In this document: positions 36,781-43,838 of the stretch, piece by piece
Layout: each line of letters begins with the position of its first letter
How positions within the stretch are numbered: position 1 is the stretch's first letter
Assembly: GCA_905339235.1 (NCBI GenBank)
Contig: CAJPFG010000023.1
Location: 89,621-153,620, forward strand
Length of the DNA stretch: 64,000 bases
Direction of reading: 5' to 3'
Source of the DNA: Phycisphaerales bacterium
GTDB lineage: Bacteria > Planctomycetota > Phycisphaerae > Phycisphaerales > UBA1924
Notes under the pieces: model-generated
What the model saw: the letters and a program-made list of their open reading frames with translations, nothing else
Told to the model about the DNA's origin: nothing
Database searches by the model: none
Translations under genes and position numbers: made by a program

Positions 36781-36847
36781 CACGAAATCTCCTTCTCCAA
36801 ACTCCAAATGCGCGCCGGGCTCCCACCCGGCGCACACACACCCTTCT

Positions 36848-37588
36848 CTAACGCCTCCGCCGCGCCAGCGTCAGACCCAGGAGGCCCAGCGCAAGCGACC
36901 CCGGCGCGGGCACCCAATAGGCCCCGCCCGAGTACGAACCCTCTGAGAACCACTGCTCCACCGGCAGATGCGTCTGCGGATCGATTCCCACGCCGCGTGG
37001 CGCGGGACCGAGCGGGCGAACGCCGGAGGTATTGATTTCGGTGATGGTGAACGCGAAGTCGTCGGGCCCGATGGAGGCGCCGGTGAAGATGCCGTAGGGG
37101 GCGTCGGTGAAGGCCGAGGTGTAGGTGACCGACCCGCCGAAGTTGTTGTCGGCGCCCTGAATGGTGGCCGTGGCCCCCCAACTGAACTCCCCGCCCAGCA
37201 CGGTCATGACGGCGTTGGAGTAGTTGATGGTCATCTGCGGTACGCCGAGAATGTTGTCGAACGAGAAAGCGCCCTGGTCCATGGCGTAGGTGTGGACGAA
37301 GGCCCCGCCGCCGACGGGGATGCTGGCGACCCAGCGGATGGGCATGTCGGCGTTGAAGTCCATGAACGGGCCGTTGGGCGGCAGCGGGCCGTTGTCGTCG
37401 TCGTAGAAAAAGGCGACAAGATCGGTGACCGGGACCTGATCGCGGATGTTGCCCGCGCCCAGCGCGCCACCGCCGGAGAAAGTCCAACTGGTGTCCGCGG
37501 CGAAGTCAGATGCGAAACTGAAGAACGTCGCGTGCGCACAGGTCGCGCTGGCGGCGATCAGCCCGGCGGATATGGTCACGAAACGCAT
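36848..37588 (-). CDS. Secreted PEP-CTERM-type protein, paralog 3
   Basis: MRFVTISAGLIAASATCAHATFFSFASD...WVPAPGSLALGLLGLTLARRRR. Confidence 0.7.
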   Translation of the reverse strand: MRFVTISAGLIAASATCAHATFFSFASDFAADTSWTFSGGGALGAGNIRDQVPVTDLVAFFYDDDNGPLPPNGPFMDFNADMPIRWVASIPVGGGAFVHTYAMDQGAFSFDNILGVPQMTINYSNAVMTVLGGEFSWGATATIQGADNNFGGSVTYTSAFTDAPYGIFTGASIGPDDFAFTITEINTSGVRPLGPAPRGVGIDPQTHLPVEQWFSEGSYSGGAYWVPAPGSLALGLLGLTLARRRR

Positions 37589-37601
37589 GATCCGTTCCCC
37601 C

Positions 37602-38333
37602 TCAGTGCGAACGACGCCGACGCAGCACGCTCAGCAATCCCAGTCCCGCCAGGGCCAGGGCCCCGGGCGCGGGCACCGCGTGCGCGGAGAAAGAGCCCTC
37701 CGACATCCACGTGTCGAGAATCGATCCGTCCGGCGCGATGGGGATGCGACCGCCGTCCATCGTCTCCATCGCTGTCAGCGTGAAGCCGAAGTCCTCCGAC
37801 ATCGACAGGTCTCGCCCCGCCAGCGGGCCCCCCGGCAGAAACACGATGTTGGGGTCGGTCCCCTCGTGATCCTGGAGCGTGGCCGTCTCGCCCCACAGAC
37901 CCGGCGAGTTGGACCAACTCGTGAACAGCGCGTTGTTGAAGTTGATCCGCAGAATCCGCTCGAACGTCTGCGGATCAACAAAGTCCGCGAACCCGTTGGC
38001 CGTGTACGCATGCACGAACGAACCGGCGACCGGGAACATGTTGTACGTGTTGAAGTTGGCGCGGAAGGAGAACATGGCCGGAATGGCCACGGGCCCACCC
38101 GGGCCGTTCTCATCCGCATCCCAGAGCAAATCCACCATCACCATGTGGTCGACGTTCATGTGCTGACCGTCGGTAAAGAACCCGATGCCCGGCGGCAGCG
38201 TCGGCGGCCCCGAAAACGTCGGGCCGTCGGCGTTCATGTCCGACGCGAAACTCAGGAAATCCGCGTGAGCCACCCCGGCCATCGCCGCTATGACGGCGAG
38301 GGCAGCGGTCCGCGAGTGGAATCCTCTTCTCAT
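37602..38333 (-). CDS. Secreted PEP-CTERM-type protein, paralog 4
   Basis: MRRGFHSRTAALAVIAAMAGVAHADFLSFASD...AVPAPGALALAGLGLLSVLRRRRSH. Confidence 0.7.
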   Translation of the reverse strand: MRRGFHSRTAALAVIAAMAGVAHADFLSFASDMNADGPTFSGPPTLPPGIGFFTDGQHMNVDHMVMVDLLWDADENGPGGPVAIPAMFSFRANFNTYNMFPVAGSFVHAYTANGFADFVDPQTFERILRINFNNALFTSWSNSPGLWGETATLQDHEGTDPNIVFLPGGPLAGRDLSMSEDFGFTLTAMETMDGGRIPIAPDGSILDTWMSEGSFSAHAVPAPGALALAGLGLLSVLRRRRSH

Positions 38334-38596
38334 ACCTCACTCCGATCTCTTGCGCCCCACGCAAATGCCTCAACTCCGCCCGGGTGGGCGGAAAGACACG
38401 CGCGGCATTCGCGCGGCAGCGCAAGTTCTCCAAGTGAGAAGGTGCCTCAAGAATTGAGGAATGCCAGAAATCCGAACGACAAATCCGTCACGGACCGCAA
38501 AAACTTACCCGCACAAATACCGTCCCGGTGCCGCCACGCGTCGGCCACTCGGCCGGACGCTTCGGTTTGAGGTGTGTAAGGAAACCCCCGGGCCGG

Positions 38597-39142
38597 TCAC
38601 ATCGGCTTGCGGTTGATCGTGACGTCGTACACGTGCAGGAGTTTCTCTTTGTCGAAGACCATCTCCTGCCGGCTCCCACCCACGACGTCGTACACCGGGG
38701 TCAGTTCGATCGCGTCAACCGGGCACGCCTCTTCGCACATTCCGCAATAGATGCACCGCAGTTCGTCGATCTCGAACTTGGCGGGGTACTTTTCCCGGTC
38801 ATCCCAGGGGCTTTCGGCGGCCTCGATGTGGATGCAACGGGCCGGACAGATCGTCGGGCACATCATGCACGCCACGCACTTCACGCGGCCGCGCTCGTCC
38901 CGGTTCAGCCGGTGCACGCCCCTGAAGTTGGAGGCGTTCAGCCCGCCATCGACCACCGGGAGGTCTTCGCGCCGGACCTCGGGATACTGCATCGCCCGGC
39001 TGGTGCGACCCTGGCCGAAAGACGTGAAAAAGTGGCGGAGCGTGGTCCCGAAGCCCTTGATGATCTCGGGGATGTACACCGCCTCGGCGCGGGTCATCGA
39101 AGGGACGGTGAGACGAAGAACATCGGAATCGCGGATAGACAT
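38597..39142 (-). CDS. nuoI: NADH-quinone oxidoreductase subunit I (2x[4Fe-4S] ferredoxin)
   Basis: Two CxxCxxCxxxCP motifs (CVACMMCPTICPARC, CIYCGMCEEACPVDAIEL) in a NuoI-like context. Alternative start at 39184. Confidence 0.85.
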   Translation of the reverse strand: MSIRDSDVLRLTVPSMTRAEAVYIPEIIKGFGTTLRHFFTSFGQGRTSRAMQYPEVRREDLPVVDGGLNASNFRGVHRLNRDERGRVKCVACMMCPTICPARCIHIEAAESPWDDREKYPAKFEIDELRCIYCGMCEEACPVDAIELTPVYDVVGGSRQEMVFDKEKLLHVYDVTINRKPM

Positions 39143-39189
39143 GCGAGGTTGCAGTATACGCGGCCCCTTCAGCCGATGTACCATCCGAC

Positions 39190-40026
39190 ATGCCAGGAGG
39201 GCGCCAAACCACGCCGTTGTTCGATCTCCTTTCCAAAGGGGCCACTTCCAGTCCCAGGGTCGAGCCCGCGCCGCGCCCCACCAAGCCGGTGGTCCGCGTG
39301 GAACTCAAGCCCCAGTCCGGTGAGGCGTCCCCACGCGCCGCACCCATCGCTCCCGCTTCGCCGGCCTCCCCCTCATACACCGCGCGTGGAACTCTCCGGC
39401 TCACGACCAACGCCCTTTACATCGGAATCGCCGCGGTTTCGGTGCTGCTCATCGGCATGTACATTCTGGGGTTCAAGATCGGAACCTCAAAGGAAGCGGC
39501 GAAGACCCAAAACGAACTGGGCCCGGCCTTCCGCGATCGCCCGGCGGTCACCGAGCCGGCAGTCCGACAGCCGGACACGCCGCGATTGACCAACTCCGCG
39601 GCCCAGGGGCCCACAGTCCCCCCGGCGGCGAGCCCCGCCAAGCCGATGCCCCAGCCCGCTGCCTCGGGACCGATCCTGACCTCGCACGGCTCGCTGCAGG
39701 ATCCGCGCCAGAAGGACCTTAACTACCTCGCCCTGGCGCGGTTGCCGAGGGCCGATTGCGACGCCGCGATCAAGTTCCTCGCGGCCAACGGCGTGGAGGC
39801 CTTCGCCGTGCCGCTGGACCAGAACGACCGGGAGGCGAATAATCCGGGCCCGTTGGGGAGGTACCGTCTGTACGTCATGCCGGGGATCACCGGTGAGCAG
39901 TACAAGGCGGATCACCCGACAAAGACCGGCCTCCAGACGCGCGTGGCGCAACTGGGGCAAGTCTGGCAGAAGGAACACCGAGGCTCGTCGAACTTCGGCA
40001 GCACGGGTTGGGTCAAGTATCAGTAG
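39190..40026 (+). CDS. Membrane-anchored hypothetical protein with Pro-rich linker (C-terminal region weakly SPOR-like)
   Basis: One TM helix (LYIGIAAVSVLLIGMYILGF), a Pro/Ala-rich linker, and a C-terminal ~90-aa domain (RYRLYVMPGITGEQYKAD...). Confidence 0.4.
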   Translation: MPGGRQTTPLFDLLSKGATSSPRVEPAPRPTKPVVRVELKPQSGEASPRAAPIAPASPASPSYTARGTLRLTTNALYIGIAAVSVLLIGMYILGFKIGTSKEAAKTQNELGPAFRDRPAVTEPAVRQPDTPRLTNSAAQGPTVPPAASPAKPMPQPAASGPILTSHGSLQDPRQKDLNYLALARLPRADCDAAIKFLAANGVEAFAVPLDQNDREANNPGPLGRYRLYVMPGITGEQYKADHPTKTGLQTRVAQLGQVWQKEHRGSSNFGSTGWVKYQ

Positions 40027-40038
40027 AAGGGACACGCC

Positions 40039-40197
40039 ATGAGCCTCGACCGTTCACTCAAACTCTCCGCCAACCTCGCCGGCAAACGCAGCGTCATGAC
40101 GCGGGCCGAGCGCATCGGCAAGATGACCGCCGACAAGAAGTTCGATGCCAAGAAGGACAAGGCCCTGGGCCTGCCCAAGACGCTGGTTTCGAAGTAG
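40039..40197 (+). CDS. Small basic protein (52 aa), uncharacterised
   Basis: Not in the ORF track. GAAGGGA ribosome-binding site precedes the ATG; translation MSLDRSLKLSANLAGKRSVMTRAERIGKMTADKKFDAKKDKALGLPKTLVSK*; immediately followed by a strong terminator. Confidence 0.35.
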   Translation: MSLDRSLKLSANLAGKRSVMTRAERIGKMTADKKFDAKKDKALGLPKTLVSK

Positions 40198-40220
40198 TCT
40201 TGCTAGCCAGATCGAACCCG

Positions 40221-40254
40221 CACCCCGCTCCGCGCGGGGTGTGTTTGTTTTTGG
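40221..40254 (+). terminator. Rho-independent terminator
   Basis: CACCCCGCtccgcGCGGGGTG is an 8-bp perfect GC stem, followed by TGTTTGTTTTTGG. Confidence 0.5.
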
Positions 40255-40356
40255 AGGCCGATTCTCCTGCATTCGACGGGATTCGAGTCAAATGCGAGAA
40301 TGCCGCTGGCTTTTCGGGATTCCTGATGCACCTTGAAGCATCAAGGACTCCATGCG

Positions 40357-41397
40357 ATGAAACTGATCGTTCTGGCGTTGTCGTTGGCCGCGCCCGCCCT
40401 CGGGCAATCGCTGGTAATCTCGAACTTCGGCACGACCCCGGATGCCATCACGCACAACTGGTCGGTATCGCACGACGGTGGGGTGGTGACGGGGTTCGGC
40501 TGGCTCAGCAGGTTCTACTCGCGCACGCAGGGCTTCGTGAATGTGCCGGGAAACTACTTTTTCTACGGCGCTTCCGGCGATGGCTCGACGCTGGTGGGTC
40601 TGAACAACGCCGGGCAGTCCGCGGCGGTATGGGCCGCGACGCTTCAGCCACGCGCCACGCACCAATCCAGCCGCCTCGCGTCCAGCGCGAACGCCGACGG
40701 CTCCCGCGTTGTCGTGTTCAATCCCCGTGCGGTTTGGGACACCGACTCCGGCCAGACGATGAGCCTGTTGCCGGCATCGACCACCTGGTTCGGCGCGGCC
40801 ATCACCCCCGACGGTCGCTTCGTCGTCGGGGAAGACGGCTCGCTGCCCGGTCACGCCGCGATGTGGGATGCGCTCACGGGCGCCCCGCGCCCGCTGGGTC
40901 CTTATCAGGGCGCTCCGGTCTGGGCGCGATCGATCTCGGCCGATGCTTCGGTCGTGGCCGGCTTTGTCCCCACGATTCCGGCTGCGTCCTTGCGCTGGGC
41001 CGAGGAAACCGGATGGCAATCGCTCGGGCAGATCCCCGGGCTTCCGGCCGCAGGAGACGCCGGCGCATTTGGGGTCTCGGCGGACGGCTCGCGGATCGTG
41101 GGGTACTCGCAGGGCCGTGCATTCCTCTGGACCGCATCGGAAGGGATGCGCGACCTGAATCTCGTGCTGGCGGGGATCGGCGTGGACCTTCAGGGCCACA
41201 TCCTGACGCAGGCACTCGCGATTTCGGGGGATGGAAACACGATCGCAGGAACCACGCTCGCGCCCGACTCGACCACCCGCGTCTTTGTCGCGACCGTCCC
41301 CGGGCCGGCGTCGGTCGCCGTGCCGTTCGTGTGTCTGCTCGCTTCCGTCCGCCGCCGGCGAACGGTCAGATGTTGCGCAGTTTGTTCAGGCCGTTGA
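40357..41397 (+). CDS. HAF-repeat extracellular protein with PEP-CTERM-like anchor
   Basis: Signal peptide MKLIVLALSLAAPALGQ. Repeats with HAF-type cores (GHAAMWDALTGAPRPLG, RAFLWTASEGMRDLN) and C-terminal VPGPASVAVPFVCLLASVRRRR. Confidence 0.6.
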   Translation: MKLIVLALSLAAPALGQSLVISNFGTTPDAITHNWSVSHDGGVVTGFGWLSRFYSRTQGFVNVPGNYFFYGASGDGSTLVGLNNAGQSAAVWAATLQPRATHQSSRLASSANADGSRVVVFNPRAVWDTDSGQTMSLLPASTTWFGAAITPDGRFVVGEDGSLPGHAAMWDALTGAPRPLGPYQGAPVWARSISADASVVAGFVPTIPAASLRWAEETGWQSLGQIPGLPAAGDAGAFGVSADGSRIVGYSQGRAFLWTASEGMRDLNLVLAGIGVDLQGHILTQALAISGDGNTIAGTTLAPDSTTRVFVATVPGPASVAVPFVCLLASVRRRRTVRCCAVCSGR

Positions 41398-42784
41398 GGG
41401 CCGCGACCTTGTAGCACTCCGCCAGCGTGGGCCAGTTGAAGACCGCGTTGACGAAATAATCCACGGTCGCGTTGAAGGCCATCGCCGCCTGCCCGATGTG
41501 GATCAACTCGGTCGCGCCGGTGCCGATCGCGTGAACGCCCAGCAGTGTCCTCGATTCCTGGTGGATCAGGAGTTTGAGCATCCCAATCTCGTCGCCGAGC
41601 AACTGTCCGCGGGCGATTTCCTTGTATTGCGCAACCCCCGCCTCGTAGGGGACGCCTTCATTCGTGAGTTGCTCCTCGGTCCACCCGACCATCGAGATCT
41701 CGGGAATGGAATAGATGCCATAGGGAAGGAACTTCCCGTAACTGTCGCACGCCTGCCCGAACATGTTGCACGCCGACATGCGGCCCTGCTCCATGCTCGT
41801 GCTCGCGAGCGCCGGGAATCCGATCACGTCGCCCGCCGCGTAGATGTGCGGGACCGCGGTCTGGTATTGCTCGTTCACGCGGATGCGGCCGCGATCATCG
41901 GCGGCGAGCCCCGCGGCCTCGAGGTTCAAGCCCTCCGTGGCTCCCTGCCGCCCGATGGCGTACAGCAGGCAGTCGGCGCGGAGTGTCTTCCCGCTCTCGA
42001 GCGTCGCCTCGGCCATCACGTTGTTGGTCGAGCGCGACCCGGAGGGCGCCTCGACTTTCTTGATGCTCACCACCTTCTCGCCCAGCCGCAGCGTGACCCC
42101 GGCCTGGCGGAGGTGGTACTGCAGGGCCTCGGCGACTTCGGCGTCGATGAAATCCAGAAGCCGGTTGCGCCCTTCCACGAGCGTGACCTTCACACCCAGC
42201 GCCGCGAGCATCGACGCATACTCGGTGCCGATGACCCCGCCGCCAACGACCAGGATCGACGCCGGGGGCTCTCTGAGGCGGAGCAGTTCGTCGCTCGTGA
42301 TGATGTCGATCTCGTCGAACTCGATGCTCTTCGGCCGCGCGGGCTGCGTTCCCACCGCGATGCAGACCCGGTCGGCGCCAACCGCCTCGCGTGCATGCTC
42401 GCCCTCGATGTCAATCAAGTGCGGATCGCGGAAACTGGCCCTGCCCGTGCACACGTCGATGCGATTGCTCGCGAAGTGGCCGCGGATCAGGTCGATCTCG
42501 TTCTTGATGATCGTCTGGCAGGCGTTGAACAGGTCGCGCAGGCTGACGCGTCCCCTCGCGGCGACAAAGTCCCCGAATCGGGGCATGAACGGGCTCCTGC
42601 CCGTCGCCGCGAGGATCGCTTCGCGAAGTGCCTTGCTGGGGATGGTGCCCGTGTTGATCGCCGCGCCTCCGACGACCTCGCAGCGCTCCACCACGCAGAC
42701 CCGCTTGCCGAGTTTGGCCGCCTGAATGGCGCACTTCTGGCCCGCGGGTCCGGTGCCGATCACGACGAGGTCGTACTGACGCAT
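41366..42784 (-). CDS. sthA: Soluble pyridine nucleotide transhydrogenase (FAD-dependent disulfide oxidoreductase family)
   Basis: YDLVVIGTGPAGQKCAIQAAKLGKRVCVVE...VGGAAINTGTIPSKALREA...DCLLYAIGRQGAT...YAAGDVIGFPALAS...YFVNAVFNWPTLAECYKVAALNGLNKL closely resembles SthA rather than Lpd. Confidence 0.75.
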   Translation of the reverse strand: MRQYDLVVIGTGPAGQKCAIQAAKLGKRVCVVERCEVVGGAAINTGTIPSKALREAILAATGRSPFMPRFGDFVAARGRVSLRDLFNACQTIIKNEIDLIRGHFASNRIDVCTGRASFRDPHLIDIEGEHAREAVGADRVCIAVGTQPARPKSIEFDEIDIITSDELLRLREPPASILVVGGGVIGTEYASMLAALGVKVTLVEGRNRLLDFIDAEVAEALQYHLRQAGVTLRLGEKVVSIKKVEAPSGSRSTNNVMAEATLESGKTLRADCLLYAIGRQGATEGLNLEAAGLAADDRGRIRVNEQYQTAVPHIYAAGDVIGFPALASTSMEQGRMSACNMFGQACDSYGKFLPYGIYSIPEISMVGWTEEQLTNEGVPYEAGVAQYKEIARGQLLGDEIGMLKLLIHQESRTLLGVHAIGTGATELIHIGQAAMAFNATVDYFVNAVFNWPTLAECYKVAALNGLNKLRNI

Positions 42785-42812
42785 AGAGGACTACAGGGTA
42801 TCAGATTCGGGC

Positions 42813-43469
42813 TCAAAGAAACGGCACTCGGGCCGCCAGTTCCTGATCATCCGCCCGCAGGTACACTCGGTTCATTTCCACCCACGCCGCCTGCCGGTAC
42901 GGATGCTTCGACATCGCGCGGTCCAGGCCCGGGTTCCGGCCCCGCGTGTTGTCCTCAACGATCAGCACCCGCGGCCGGTGCTTCGTCAGGTCGAATCCAT
43001 CGATCAGGTCCGGCTCCGCGCCCTCGACGTCGAGCACGGCCACATCGATTCCTCCGGCGTGCCCCGCCAGCAGGTCGTCCATCGTGGTCTGCGGGACCGT
43101 GACCTTCGTTGCGGCCTGGTTGTTCGCGGCGATCTGCCGCACGTGCTCTGCAGTCGTCGCGTTGTACGACAGCATTCCGCCGTATTGGTCCGACACCACG
43201 GTGAACTCGGTGGTCGCCGGCCCGCCGAGCGGCCCAAGCGCCGCGTGCACCACGCGGCTCCCGGTCCGGCGGGCCTGGCACCGCGCGAACGCGCCGGGAT
43301 GCGCTTCGATCAGCAACCCGGTCCACCCCATGGCCTCCAACGCGTAGGAAACTGAGAAGTTGTACCCATCGAAGGCACCAACCTCGATGAAAAACCCTCG
43401 GGTCGGCCGGTTGAGCAGGTCCCAGACGAACTGATCCTCGCCGAACTGGGCCCGGAACTCGATGGGCAT
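42813..43469 (-). CDS. FkbM-family SAM-dependent methyltransferase
   Basis: MPIEFRAQFGEDQFVWDLL...GFFIEVGAFDGYNFSVSYALE is the FkbM-type motif. The track ORF's N-terminal extension to 43799 is spurious. Confidence 0.7.
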   Translation of the reverse strand: MPIEFRAQFGEDQFVWDLLNRPTRGFFIEVGAFDGYNFSVSYALEAMGWTGLLIEAHPGAFARCQARRTGSRVVHAALGPLGGPATTEFTVVSDQYGGMLSYNATTAEHVRQIAANNQAATKVTVPQTTMDDLLAGHAGGIDVAVLDVEGAEPDLIDGFDLTKHRPRVLIVEDNTRGRNPGLDRAMSKHPYRQAAWVEMNRVYLRADDQELAARVPFL

Positions 43470-43838
43470 CGCCGCCTCACGCCCTCCATCGCCACGAGCC
43501 GCTCCGCATCGATCTCGGCCTGCCGCTGCGAGACCCTGGTGATCCGCTGCCACATCCGCGCTTGTCCGGCCTCCACCTTTTCGAGCGCCCGCTTGACCGG
43601 GAGCAGCAACTGTTCCATGACGATGGCGTTGCGGTCCGGCGGAGGTGCAGCGCTGGGGGTAGCAGCCGACGTGGGGGCGGTGGGGGTTGGGGGGGGGTTG
43701 GGAGCGTGGCGCGTGTGACGGACATCCCGACTTTATCGGCCAGCGTGCCGCGGCATGTGAACTCCCACCTCCTTGTTCCAGGGCATCGGCGTGCTCCACC
43801 CTCTACAATCCGCCCCCATTGGGAGCCCCGTTCTCATC

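Noticed and set aside
43310-43618. 102-aa minus-strand ORF (MEQLLLPVKRALEKVEAGQARMWQRITRVSQRQAEIDAERL...) upstream of, and overlapping, the FkbM start
   Set aside because: Its first ~45 codons look coiled-coil-like, but it overlaps the FkbM start in another frame and has no ribosome-binding site. It could be a leader peptide, but evidence is insufficient.
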